A stretch of 64,000 bases of DNA from an uncultured Gammaproteobacteria bacterium. GTDB taxonomy: Bacteria > Patescibacteriota > Microgenomatia > JALYQM01. The number at the start of each line of letters is the position of its first letter. Position 1 is the first letter of the stretch. The DNA lies in contig CAYOFQ010000001.1 in assembly GCA_964403585.1 (NCBI GenBank), positions 1,344,826 through 1,408,825 of the forward strand, read 5' to 3'. The notes under the pieces were generated by a model that was not told the origin of the DNA, made no database searches, and worked only from the letters and a program-made list of their open reading frames with translations. A program made the translations under genes and the position numbers. This document shows, one piece after another, positions 48,096-57,707 of the stretch.

Positions 48096-48974
48096 TCAAT
48101 GAGATTCCAGATACCGGCTTTTCTTACTACACTCTTCACTGCAACCGCCCATAAATTTTTGATCACACGCAACACAGCACACAAACTGCTCGTTACACAA
48201 AACATTGGCACAGTTGATCATCCGGGGGGTAGCAATACCGCAATGTAAACAATGCGAAACAATAATCTCTTTTTCCGGAGTATTAATATCCACCATAATC
48301 CGCTTATCAAATACGTAACATTTACCTTCCCAGCCGTCATCGGGAAATTGTTCACCATAGGTTACGATTCCACCATCCAGCTGGTATACATTTTCAAATC
48401 CTTCTTTTTTCATTAAAGCTGAAAATTTCTCGCAACGAACACCACCTGTACAATACGTTACTACTTTCTTATTTTTCAAAAACTCATATTCTTTAAGTTT
48501 AGCCGGCAGATCGCGAAAATTTTCAACATCCGGAGTTATGGCATTGCGGAATTTACCTACTGCCGATTCATAATTATTACGGGCATCAAACAAATAAAAC
48601 TCCTCACCGCTATGCAGCAAGGCATTTAAATCCGCAGGCGAAATATGCTGGGCACCTTCTGCAGCACGCACATCATCACTGGTTCCCAGCGTCACAATTT
48701 CGTTCCGTACAGCGACTCGCAATTTAGGAAATACCTGCTCATCAGCAGTACTGACTTTGTAAATTATATCTGCGAATCGTGAATCATTTCCCGTAATTCG
48801 TTTGTATTCTTCAATCTGCTCAGGCTCGCCACAAACAGTTCCATTGATACCTTCTGTAGCGATCAAAATACGACCTTTGAGACCCAACTGCTCGCACAGT
48901 GTAAATTGCCAATCCCGAACTTCCTGGGGATCAGCGATATCAACGTATTTATAATAAAGAAGAACCGTATACAT
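48096..48974 (-). CDS. trhO: tRNA uridine(34) hydroxylase TrhO (YceA, rhodanese-domain protein) with C-terminal Cys-rich zinc-ribbon tail
   Basis: UPF0176 N-domain MYTVLLYYKYVDI..LGLKGRILIATEGINGTV. Rhodanese active-site loop YCTGGVRCEK. C-terminal CLHCG..CANVLC..CCVACDQ..CSEEC. Confidence 0.85.
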   Translation of the reverse strand: MYTVLLYYKYVDIADPQEVRDWQFTLCEQLGLKGRILIATEGINGTVCGEPEQIEEYKRITGNDSRFADIIYKVSTADEQVFPKLRVAVRNEIVTLGTSDDVRAAEGAQHISPADLNALLHSGEEFYLFDARNNYESAVGKFRNAITPDVENFRDLPAKLKEYEFLKNKKVVTYCTGGVRCEKFSALMKKEGFENVYQLDGGIVTYGEQFPDDGWEGKCYVFDKRIMVDINTPEKEIIVSHCLHCGIATPRMINCANVLCNEQFVCCVACDQKFMGGCSEECSKKSRYLESH

Positions 48975-48978
48975 GAGA

Positions 48979-49536
48979 TTACCTTCCTATACCAAAATAC
49001 TGCGCAAAAGCAGCATAAAGTTTCTCCCGGTACTCAGGATTATATAACACAAAACGCGGATCGGTGCTATTTACATATTTCTCCAGATCGGCAATTGGCA
49101 CAAAGGCCACCTCCTGTGTTTCTGTGGCATCAGGCGTAAAGATATCTACATTTGCATCAATAACATAGATATACACATCATTAAACTCATTATCAATAAA
49201 TGCGGAGTCCGTATGATCCATGTGACGCTTAATAGTAAAAAGATAGGCTAAGGAATTAGTATCAATCGGAACACCCAATTCCTCACCGATCTCCCGTTCG
49301 GCAGTAGTGAGAGAATCGTCTCCTGCTGAAATATGTCCGGCGCACGAAATATCCCAGGCGCCGGCAGCGGTATCTTTATCTGCAGCCCGCTTTTGAACTA
49401 GTACTTCACCTCGAGGATTGATAATCCAGACATGAACTGACCGGTGCCAGTCACCATTCTGGTGAACTGCAACCCGGGGCTTCTGAAGACCGGTCTTAAT
49501 GCCGTTTTCGTTTAAGATATCGAATAATTCACTCAT
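48979..49536 (-). CDS. idi: Isopentenyl-diphosphate delta-isomerase, type 1 (NUDIX-fold)
   Basis: HQNGDWHRSVHVWIIN, AGAWDISCAGH and AEREIGEELGV align with IDI-1 landmarks H..G.LHRAFS, WTNSCCGHP (active Cys) and E..RRL.EELGI. 185 aa. Confidence 0.65.
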   Translation of the reverse strand: MSELFDILNENGIKTGLQKPRVAVHQNGDWHRSVHVWIINPRGEVLVQKRAADKDTAAGAWDISCAGHISAGDDSLTTAEREIGEELGVPIDTNSLAYLFTIKRHMDHTDSAFIDNEFNDVYIYVIDANVDIFTPDATETQEVAFVPIADLEKYVNSTDPRFVLYNPEYREKLYAAFAQYFGIGR

Positions 49537-49586
49537 CCGATCATTTTACTATAGTAAGGCCGAAAAATAAAGACATCTGGAAGACA

Positions 49587-49793
49587 TCAGGATGTAAAAT
49601 AAAGCGCCCCATAAATACCAATGATCACCCCGACTATTATGATAAGCAGAAAAAAAAGTACAAAGAACATCAAACTATCACTAAAATGCTCTTTTTGAGG
49701 CTTCTTAACAATTTGGCCTTCCAGCTGATCCAAATACGGATCTTCACGGTAATTCGTAGGATTCACTACTTCAGGCATGCTTCTACTGTACAC
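49587..49793 (-). CDS. Small single-pass membrane protein
   Basis: 68 aa. C-terminal TM FFVLFFLLIIIVGVIIGIYGALYF. Only 3 nt from the upstream gene. Confidence 0.35.
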   Translation of the reverse strand: MYSRSMPEVVNPTNYREDPYLDQLEGQIVKKPQKEHFSDSLMFFVLFFLLIIIVGVIIGIYGALYFTS

Positions 49794-49796
49794 TAC

Positions 49797-51443
49797 CTAA
49801 CGGGCATGAGTCCAGTCAGTATACCCCATATTCTTACCGGAACTGGCCGATTGGGTCGGATAGCTTGTTCCCCCATAGTAATTAACTACCCAGGGAATCC
49901 AGGTATCGTCTCCTGAAGCCGGATTGGTATATCCGGAACCGGCCGACTCCCCCCGCTGATACAAAATATCCATTGCTCGCACCACCGCCGAATCCCCATC
50001 ACTAAAAGGAACCAGTCCTGCGCGATGGAGAATAACTGCCGTCACCACATAGCCCTGCATTCCTTCCCACATATAACCGGTTGCTGCGGGCGGCCATTTG
50101 TAGTCTGCAGCCCGGCGCCAATCCTCAGGTAAGACACCGGAAACATTTCGACCTTGAATCGTTGCCCCTTTCCGGTTAACTCCGGCCTTATTATTCGGAT
50201 CGGCATGCCAGTTAGTATCAGTAAAAACCATCTTCGGAGATTTGGCAGTACCGTTAAAGGCTTTATGTGCCAATACAACCGTTTGCTTCAAGCTTGAATC
50301 ATTAAGATATATTGCCGCGGCAGCCAGAGACGCCCGTGCATGACCTCCCCAGTTATTAGACGAATTTTCAGCAGTTCCAAGTACTCCCGAGCCTCCACTA
50401 TGACCGGAAACATTCACCGTTAACATTCTTCGTACCCACGCCTCAAAGGCGGCATCATGGTACCCGATAATATCTGCGGCAATGATATACGTCTGAAGCC
50501 CGCGCGAAAGCTCAAGTGCACGGGAAAGACTGGACGAAGTAGCTGCAGTCAGTCCGGCAATTGTTTTCGCCCGCATAGCCGAATCATTGTTACGAACAGC
50601 AACGAGTGCCCCGGCTAACGTATGCACGTCATGATCACAATTATTATCATTTAAGCATGCTCCGCCCCAACTACTATTTGCAGCACTTACAACCACGTTC
50701 CAGGCTGAACCACTGGTTGGCAGCTTCATAATTTCATCTTTAGATAACCACACTCCCTGACTTTGACCAACGGGAGGCAGTGATGGAGACGGTCGAACTG
50801 TTGGGGATGCTGTTGGCTCACCGGTCGAAGTAGGGGCAGTCAATGGTTGAAGCGCAACTAAATACATTGAATATGCAGTACCGTCATCCGAAGCCGAATA
50901 AAACGGTATATTCCCTGCTGAAACATCCCGATAATATATTTCATATAAACCAATCAAGCCCAAATCATTTTTACGCAACACAAATTGCTGTAAATTAGTC
51001 ATGTCGTCATTAGTCATACGGGTATACTGGCTTCGGATCCACGCAGGTGCCTGCTTTCCCGGAATATACCGGGAAAGAATATATACTCGCGCCGAACGGT
51101 TGGTTTGTATTGACCAGTTAAGGGATAAACTATCTTTAATCCCGACATTTGGGCTTCGTACATAGGGCAACGCCTGCAATGCACTGGGCATACCAAAAAA
51201 AGTGAACCGGGAATCATCGGTATAAATTTGTTGACCAGTAGTTAAGCACCCATTTACAAAAGAATATCCTGCCGGAGAATTAACCGTATAGAAACTTGAA
51301 TCACATGCAGCAGTACAGGGTTCAATTTTTTGGAGATCCCTCGCCCGGTATTCCCGGACCGCAATAACGAAGGTTACAGAAAAAAGTATAAAAAGAACTA
51401 TAGTAAGGTATAAATGAAGCTTTTTTTTAAGAAATTTAGGCAT
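49797..51443 (-). CDS. Secreted protein: paralog-family domain (member C) + PT linker + C-terminal alginate-lyase-like (alpha/alpha)-toroid domain (tentative)
   Basis: Signal/TM LHLYLTIVLFILFSVTFVIAV. Domain IYTDDSRFTFF..LNWSIQT..YILSRYIPGKQAPAWI..RKNDLGLIGLYEIY..TAYSMYLVA is paralogous to the 12262 gene. Linker PTSTGEPTASPTVRPSPSLPP. C-terminal NNWGGHARASLAAAAIYLND loosely resembles the NNHSYW region of alginate lyases. Confidence 0.5.
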   Translation of the reverse strand: MPKFLKKKLHLYLTIVLFILFSVTFVIAVREYRARDLQKIEPCTAACDSSFYTVNSPAGYSFVNGCLTTGQQIYTDDSRFTFFGMPSALQALPYVRSPNVGIKDSLSLNWSIQTNRSARVYILSRYIPGKQAPAWIRSQYTRMTNDDMTNLQQFVLRKNDLGLIGLYEIYYRDVSAGNIPFYSASDDGTAYSMYLVALQPLTAPTSTGEPTASPTVRPSPSLPPVGQSQGVWLSKDEIMKLPTSGSAWNVVVSAANSSWGGACLNDNNCDHDVHTLAGALVAVRNNDSAMRAKTIAGLTAATSSSLSRALELSRGLQTYIIAADIIGYHDAAFEAWVRRMLTVNVSGHSGGSGVLGTAENSSNNWGGHARASLAAAAIYLNDSSLKQTVVLAHKAFNGTAKSPKMVFTDTNWHADPNNKAGVNRKGATIQGRNVSGVLPEDWRRAADYKWPPAATGYMWEGMQGYVVTAVILHRAGLVPFSDGDSAVVRAMDILYQRGESAGSGYTNPASGDDTWIPWVVNYYGGTSYPTQSASSGKNMGYTDWTHAR

Positions 51444-51498
51444 GCTTTAATTATCATAGGCAAAACCTGCAGGAAATAAAAGTGACGAAAATCACTGC

Positions 51499-51525
51499 TT
51501 AGCACTCTAATTCAACGATTGCTAA
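51499..51525. promoter_or_regulatory. CIRCE-like inverted repeat (TTAGCACTC-N9-GATTGCTAA), putative HrcA operator upstream of clpB
   Basis: Left arm matches CIRCE TTAGCACTC exactly, with a 9-nt spacer. Right arm matches GAGTGCTAA at 8 of 9. A TTGACA hexamer follows at 51528..51533. clpB starts at 51736. Confidence 0.5.
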
Positions 51526-51735
51526 ATTTGACAAAATTATTTATAATAATTTAAGAATTATATAAAGAGTAGCTGCGCATCTAAGTCGGTTTTGCGCTAT
51601 CGAACTTCCGCCCTGGGGAAAGCTTAAGATTATGACTTAACCTATTTCTTGACCAAGGTTAAGTGAGGCTGACTGGAGCTTGTGAGATAGTGCAAAAACG
51701 ACTTAAGTAAGCAAGTTACAAACTTAAGGATTACT

Positions 51736-53826
51736 ATGAACACCAACCTACCACCAGACTACGATGACGGGAGCGAAAACGCTCTGCAGAAATTTACCCA
51801 CAACCTCACCGAAGACGCCAGAAACGGCAAACTTGACCCTGTCATTGGACGCAATGAAGAAATACGCCGTGTAATGCAAGTACTTTCCCGGCGCACTAAA
51901 AACAACCCTGTTTTGATCGGTGATCCCGGGGTTGGAAAAACAGCCATAGTTGAAGGGCTTGCTCAACGTATCATTTCCAAAGATGTACCTGAGACATTAC
52001 AAAATAAAGAACTCCTCGTTTTGGATATTGCCATGGTTCTCGCAGGAGCAAAGTATCGTGGTGAGTTTGAAGAACGAATTAAAAACATTGTCAAAACTAT
52101 TGAGAAGGACCCGGACAAATACATCCTCTTTATTGATGAATTACATATCCTTGTCGGTGCCGGAGGCGGTGGAGAAGGTGCTATGGATGCGGCAAATATC
52201 CTGAAACCGGCTCTCGCTCGTGGCCAACTTCGTTGTATTGGCGCAACTACAGTCAAAGAATATCGGCACTATATCGAAAAAGACCAGGCACTGGAACGCC
52301 GCTTTCAGCCGGTCTTTGTTGGAGAACCATCTCACGAAGACTCAATTACCATTCTACGGGGAATTAAAGAAAAATATGAACTGCATCATGGCATCCGCAT
52401 TACCGACGATGCCTTGATTGCAGCAGTCGAACTTTCGACTAGATATATAACCGACCGCTTTCTGCCCGACAAAGCCGTTGATTTAATCGATGAAGCAACC
52501 AGTGCCCTTAAAATCGAAACACAGTCCATGCCCATCGAACTCGACACTATGAAACGCCGCATGATCCAGTTGGAAATCGAACAGGCAGCCTTAAAAAAAG
52601 AAAAAACAGAAAGTGCCAAAGAAAGACTAACCCACATCGCCGCCGAATTACTCACTCTTAAAGATAAATCGCAGGAAATGGAAAAAGAATGGCAGGAGCA
52701 GAAAAAACTGATTGCCGAAATTCAAAAAGCCAAAACTGAAATCGACAAAACGCGAGCTGAGCTGGAAAAAGCCCAGCGGGAAGTAGACCTGCAGAAAGCA
52801 GCCGAACTCCAATATGGAAAAATTCCTCAACTCGAAGAAAAATTAAAGCAAGCCGATAAAGAGTGGACACAAATACCTGAAGAGAAACGCATTCTACGCG
52901 AGGAGGTAACTTCTGAAGATATTGCCAAAGTAGTTGCCCGGTGGACCGGTATACCCGTTACTAAATTAATGATGTCCGAATCACAAAAACTGGAACATCT
53001 CGAAGCGGAACTTCAGAAGCGGGTTATTGGCCAGGATGAAGCACTGCATAAAGTTGCCAACGCTATTCGCCGATCACGTGTCGGACTGTCACAACCCAAC
53101 AAGCCGATCGGATCTTTCCTTTTTCTCGGACCAACAGGTGTTGGTAAAACTGAGACCGCCAAAGCCCTCGCGGAGTTCCTCTTTAATGACGAGAGTGCTC
53201 TAATCCGCATTGATATGACCGAATACACCGAACCCCACAACGTTGCCCGTTTAATCGGCGCACCTCCGGGCTATGTCGGATATGAAGAAGGAGGTCAACT
53301 TTCCGAAGCTGTCAGGCGCCGACCGTATTCTGTCGTTCTCTTCGACGAAGTGGAGAAAGCCCATCCTCAAGTTTTTAACGTTTTCCTGCAAATACTGGAC
53401 GATGGACGCTTAACCGACGGTAATGGCCGGGTTATCGACTTCAAAAACACCGTGATTATCATGACCTCTAACCTGCCCGAAGAAGAACTCAAAACCTTTT
53501 TCCGTCCCGAATTCCTGAATCGGCTCGACAATATCGTGCTCTTTAATAAACTAACTGAGTCGAACCTCGAACATATCGTCGATATACAGCTGGAGCAAAT
53601 TCGACAACGTCTCGAAAGGCAACTTCTCAAAATGGAAATATCGCCAAAGGTTAAAACCTTATTAGCTAAAATTGGCTATGACCCGGTGTATGGAGCCCGC
53701 CCGCTTCGTCGCATGCTGGAATCGACCATTCTCGATGAAGTTGCCTTACAAGTCATCGAAGGCCGGAAAAAGCCCGGAGACGGAATAAAAATTGAGGTTA
53801 GCAACGGAAAAATAGTGATTGACTAA
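51736..53826 (+). CDS. clpB: ClpB-type AAA+ disaggregase lacking the N-terminal domain
   Basis: Starts directly at the NBD1 lead-in ([47 protein letters not shown]). Long coiled-coil M-domain. NBD2 Walker [10 protein letters not shown] and sensor-2 GARPLRR. 696 aa. Confidence 0.9.
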   Translation: MNTNLPPDYDDGSENALQKFTHNLTEDARNGKLDPVIGRNEEIRRVMQVLSRRTKNNPVLIGDPGVGKTAIVEGLAQRIISKDVPETLQNKELLVLDIAMVLAGAKYRGEFEERIKNIVKTIEKDPDKYILFIDELHILVGAGGGGEGAMDAANILKPALARGQLRCIGATTVKEYRHYIEKDQALERRFQPVFVGEPSHEDSITILRGIKEKYELHHGIRITDDALIAAVELSTRYITDRFLPDKAVDLIDEATSALKIETQSMPIELDTMKRRMIQLEIEQAALKKEKTESAKERLTHIAAELLTLKDKSQEMEKEWQEQKKLIAEIQKAKTEIDKTRAELEKAQREVDLQKAAELQYGKIPQLEEKLKQADKEWTQIPEEKRILREEVTSEDIAKVVARWTGIPVTKLMMSESQKLEHLEAELQKRVIGQDEALHKVANAIRRSRVGLSQPNKPIGSFLFLGPTGVGKTETAKALAEFLFNDESALIRIDMTEYTEPHNVARLIGAPPGYVGYEEGGQLSEAVRRRPYSVVLFDEVEKAHPQVFNVFLQILDDGRLTDGNGRVIDFKNTVIIMTSNLPEEELKTFFRPEFLNRLDNIVLFNKLTESNLEHIVDIQLEQIRQRLERQLLKMEISPKVKTLLAKIGYDPVYGARPLRRMLESTILDEVALQVIEGRKKPGDGIKIEVSNGKIVID

Positions 53827-53899
53827 TTGAGTTCAGTGCTACTTGCTTTTACCATAAAAAAGTGTAAAATAGCTGATTACTATAGGTCAGCAAGATTTT

Positions 53900-56800
53900 A
53901 TGCTTAAAAAAGGTAAAAATACCCTCCTCGGATTCATCATAATAGCTCTGTTTACCTATATACTTTCACTTGTAGTACCTCCTGCCAACTTTTCACCTAC
54001 CCCGGTTAACGCTGAAGGCGGGTTCACGTTTGTCACCACCGGCGACTATGGATATAACAGCATCGCTACAGCCACGCTCAACAAAATTAAAGAACTCAAC
54101 CCGGCGTTTAGCCTCACAAACGGCGATCTAAGCTACGATGAGATCACTCCTGAATCAGCCTGGTGCTCCTACGTTAAAGGAATTGTCGGGGAAACTTTTC
54201 CCTTCGAAATTGTAGCAGGGAACCACGAAGCCGGCGACCCTCCCGGTGGACATATTGATAACTTTACCCCATGTCTTCCTCACCGCATGGATAATATTTC
54301 CGGCACCTATGGCTGGGAATACTACTTTGACCATCAAAACGCCCGGTTTATTCAAATATCTCCTGGAATGGCCGAAGGGCCGCTACTACTGGATTACAGC
54401 CTTGGATCGAGCCATTACAACTGGACAGCCAATGCGATTGACTCAGCTCGTGCTAAAGGTATCAAATGGATCATTGTAACCATGCACGAAAACTGCATTA
54501 CCATGGGCGACAAAACCTGTGATATCGGCCCGGATATACTTAATCTCCTTATAGAAAAGAAAGTTGATCTCATTTTTCAGGGTCATGATCACACGTACCA
54601 GCGGAGCAAACAGCTGGCGTTTAACCCTAATTGTCCCCGAATTATCCCTGGCAACTACAATAGCAATTGCGTGTCCAATACGGGGTCAAATGGAGCATAT
54701 GCTAAAGGGGCAGGAAGCATCTTGAATATTGTTGGAACAGCCGGAGCTGGACTATATACAGTCAACACAGCCGACTCGGAAGCTGGATACTTCGCTAAAT
54801 GGATGGGCTCCAATAACCAGCCACGACACGGACTGGTTAAAGTTACCGTTACCGAAAATCAGCTGGTAGCTTCATTTGTCGGCTCAACTACCGAATCATC
54901 CTTCACAGATTCATATACAATTACCGACACATCCGTAACACCTACTCCAAGCTCGTCGGTAGCACCAACAGCTACCCCGATTCCCACCTTTACGCCAATA
55001 CGACTCACCACCGGCAATAACTATACCGATCCAAGCAATAACCAGTGGAATCATGACGCCAGCTACGCCGACGGCGGCTCTACCTACACCACTACCAACA
55101 CAATCGCAAATACCACAACACCGAAATTGTATCAGTCTGAACGATACGGTAAGGACATTAACTATGGATTTAATGTACCCAATGGAACATATGAAGTAAA
55201 AGTTAAGTTTTCGGAAATTTATTTTACCCAAGCCGGCGAACGAATTTTTAACCTCAATCTAAACGGAAACCTGGTTCTCGAAAATTTTGACATTCTCTCC
55301 GAAGTTGCACCCTTCTCCGCACTCGACAAGACCTTTACGGTAAATGTAACCGATCAAAAAATTAACCTGGATTTCTCTACAACCAAAGATAATGCCAAAC
55401 TTGCTGCACTCGAGATTACTCGTATCAGCGGCCCATCACCAACCGTATCTCCAACTCCCAGCCCATCAGTGAGCCCAACAGCGACCCCCACTCCAAGCTT
55501 CACTCCAATTCGACTCAACACCGGTACAACAACAGTAGATACACAAAACCAAACCTGGATCAGCGACAATGGCAAAGTTTCAGGAGGAACTACCTACACG
55601 GTTAATAGCACAATCGCTAATACAAGTAACCAGAAACTCTTCCAATCCGAACGCTACGGAAATACATTTAACTATACATTTACTGTCCCTAATGGCAATT
55701 ACACCGTTAACCTTAACTTCTCTGAAATATATTTCACGCAGGCTGGTGAACGCATTTTTAACGTTGATATCAACGGGAACCGGGTACTGTCAAATTACGA
55801 TATCCTGGCACAAACAGCTCCATATGCTGCCGTCACTAAATCCTTTCCGGCAACAGTTACCGACGGTAAAATTGTCATAAATTTCACTACCGTAAAGGAC
55901 AATGCTAAAATTGCCTCCTTAGAGATTGTATCGTCATCTGGGCCAACTACTTCACCAACAGCCAGTCCATCCCCAACACCAACTACTACCCCAACTCCAA
56001 CCCCGACAACAACCCCTACACCAACCCCTACTTTCTCACCGATTCGACTGAATACCGGAACGTCAGTGCTCGACACACAAAACAATACCTGGTCTACCGA
56101 TACAGCTCAAAACGCAGGTGGAGAAACGTATACGGTCAATAACACGATCGCCAATACTGCCAATCCAAAATTATTCCAGTCCGAACGCTATGGTCAAACC
56201 CTTACCTACAACTTTACCGTCCCCAACGGTTCGTATAACCTCAACTTAAATCTTTCAGAAATCTACTTCACCCAGGCCGGCGAACGTATCTTCAATGTTG
56301 ATATTAATGGAACACGAGTCCTCAGCAACTTTGATATTCTCACCCAGGTTGCACCATTCACCGCACTCACAAAATCCTTCCCGGTTACGGTTACCAATGG
56401 TAAGATCCAAATTGTCTTTACGACAATTAAAGACAACGCCAAATTGGCTTCACTGGAAATTGTACCGGCAACCAATCCGACAGCAACTCCACAACCAACA
56501 ATTACACCAACGCCTACCGTTACACCAACCCCATCAACCACGGCAACACCCACCCCTACTCCAACCACAACGCCAACTCCGGTCCCCAGTGGTGTTGTTA
56601 ACGGACTAAACGCCACCTATTACGATAATATGGATTTTACAGGCACATCTGTTACCCGAATTGATCCACAAGTATACTTTGACTGGATGCACGGAGCGCC
56701 AACACCATCCATGGGCACCGATACCTTCTCCGCCCGTTGGACAGGATTCATCGTACCCAATTACTCCGAGAACTATACTTTTTACACCGATTCCGACGAC

Positions 56801-57019
56801 GGGGTTCGCGTTTGGATAAATAACGTTCTGATTATAGATAAATGGATCGACCAGGGAGTAACTGAGCATTCGGGGTCAATCGTTTTACAAGCCAACCAGA
56901 AGTATGCGGTTAAAGTTGAGTATTACGATAACTCGGGTGGTGCCAGCTGCAAACTGCGCTGGAGCTCCGTATCTCAAGTTAAACAAACTGTTCCACAAAG
57001 CGCCTTCTTAACGCAGTAA
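53900..57019 (+). CDS. Large secreted multidomain protein: calcineurin-like metallophosphoesterase (purple-acid-phosphatase-like) + 3 tandem malectin-like carbohydrate-binding domains separated by PT linkers + C-terminal PA14 domain
   Basis: Signal/TM. MPE motifs GDLSYDE, GNHEAG, GHDHTYQRS. Three ~170-aa repeats each with LYQSERYG/LFQSERYG ... SEIYFTQAGERIFN ... DILS/DILAQ ... DNAK(L/I)A(A/S)LEI, the malectin-like pattern. PA14 region ATYYDNMDFTG..FSARWTGFIVPNYSENYTFYTDSDDGVRVWINN..YAVKVEYYDN. Confidence 0.8.
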   Translation: MLKKGKNTLLGFIIIALFTYILSLVVPPANFSPTPVNAEGGFTFVTTGDYGYNSIATATLNKIKELNPAFSLTNGDLSYDEITPESAWCSYVKGIVGETFPFEIVAGNHEAGDPPGGHIDNFTPCLPHRMDNISGTYGWEYYFDHQNARFIQISPGMAEGPLLLDYSLGSSHYNWTANAIDSARAKGIKWIIVTMHENCITMGDKTCDIGPDILNLLIEKKVDLIFQGHDHTYQRSKQLAFNPNCPRIIPGNYNSNCVSNTGSNGAYAKGAGSILNIVGTAGAGLYTVNTADSEAGYFAKWMGSNNQPRHGLVKVTVTENQLVASFVGSTTESSFTDSYTITDTSVTPTPSSSVAPTATPIPTFTPIRLTTGNNYTDPSNNQWNHDASYADGGSTYTTTNTIANTTTPKLYQSERYGKDINYGFNVPNGTYEVKVKFSEIYFTQAGERIFNLNLNGNLVLENFDILSEVAPFSALDKTFTVNVTDQKINLDFSTTKDNAKLAALEITRISGPSPTVSPTPSPSVSPTATPTPSFTPIRLNTGTTTVDTQNQTWISDNGKVSGGTTYTVNSTIANTSNQKLFQSERYGNTFNYTFTVPNGNYTVNLNFSEIYFTQAGERIFNVDINGNRVLSNYDILAQTAPYAAVTKSFPATVTDGKIVINFTTVKDNAKIASLEIVSSSGPTTSPTASPSPTPTTTPTPTPTTTPTPTPTFSPIRLNTGTSVLDTQNNTWSTDTAQNAGGETYTVNNTIANTANPKLFQSERYGQTLTYNFTVPNGSYNLNLNLSEIYFTQAGERIFNVDINGTRVLSNFDILTQVAPFTALTKSFPVTVTNGKIQIVFTTIKDNAKLASLEIVPATNPTATPQPTITPTPTVTPTPSTTATPTPTPTTTPTPVPSGVVNGLNATYYDNMDFTGTSVTRIDPQVYFDWMHGAPTPSMGTDTFSARWTGFIVPNYSENYTFYTDSDDGVRVWINNVLIIDKWIDQGVTEHSGSIVLQANQKYAVKVEYYDNSGGASCKLRWSSVSQVKQTVPQSAFLTQ

Positions 57020-57025
57020 TCAAAC

Positions 57026-57685
57026 TTATATAATCCGTTTCCAACACCATTTCCGCATTGGACAATGTTCACAATCGGGCATTTTATTAGCAAAACAATA
57101 CTGTCGTCCTATTAATATCACTTGTTTCGGAGCATTAACCCAATTCTCTTGTGGCCATTGCTCTATTAAATCAAGTTCTATCTTCTTTGGATCAGTAGCG
57201 TCCGTCCAACCGATACGATACGACACCCGCTTTACGTGGGTATCTACCACAACCCCAAGTGCTTTTTTATAAATATCAGCAATAATCACATTCGCCACTT
57301 TCCGCCCCACTCCAGGTAACCGAAGTAAATCATCAATTGTATCCGGAACGTTCCCCTCAAACTCCTCATCAATAATTCTAGCCATCGCTACTAAATTTTT
57401 AGCTTTCGTTCGAAAATAGTTAATCCGGTTAATAAGCAAATTAACCTCCTCCACTCGGGCATCCTTTAATGCTTTTGCGTCAGGAAACCGCTCAAAGAGT
57501 GCCGGGGTAACTTTATTTACCAGCAGGTCCGTTGTTTGAGCAGATAAAATAACCGCAACCAGTAGTTCAAATGGAGTTTTATGATTTAAAAAAGGCAGTA
57601 CCTCACCATAAACCTCATCAAGTTTTTGCAGCATCGCCAATGTATCTTCACTGTTTCGCATATTTTGATTGTACCAGACACACAA
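57026..57685 (-). CDS. nth: Endonuclease III (Nth), HhH-GPD DNA glycosylase with 4Fe-4S cluster
   Basis: HhH-GPD region (LLRLPGVGRKVANVI). C-terminal Cys ladder C-X6-C-X2-C-X5-C (CFANKMPDCEHCPMRKWC). 219 aa. Confidence 0.9.
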   Translation of the reverse strand: MCVWYNQNMRNSEDTLAMLQKLDEVYGEVLPFLNHKTPFELLVAVILSAQTTDLLVNKVTPALFERFPDAKALKDARVEEVNLLINRINYFRTKAKNLVAMARIIDEEFEGNVPDTIDDLLRLPGVGRKVANVIIADIYKKALGVVVDTHVKRVSYRIGWTDATDPKKIELDLIEQWPQENWVNAPKQVILIGRQYCFANKMPDCEHCPMRKWCWKRII

Positions 57686-57707
57686 TACAAAATGTTATAA
57701 TAATACA

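Noticed and set aside
51950-53630. Multiple 60 to 100-aa ORFs on both strands inside clpB
   Set aside because: All are internal to, or antisense of, the strongly supported ClpB reading frame.
54990-56500. Three about 500-bp direct DNA repeats, looked at as a possible CRISPR or other repeat array
   Set aside because: The units are ~75% identical coding repeats (malectin-like domains). They are far longer than CRISPR repeats and have no spacer architecture. No CRISPR array is present anywhere in the window.
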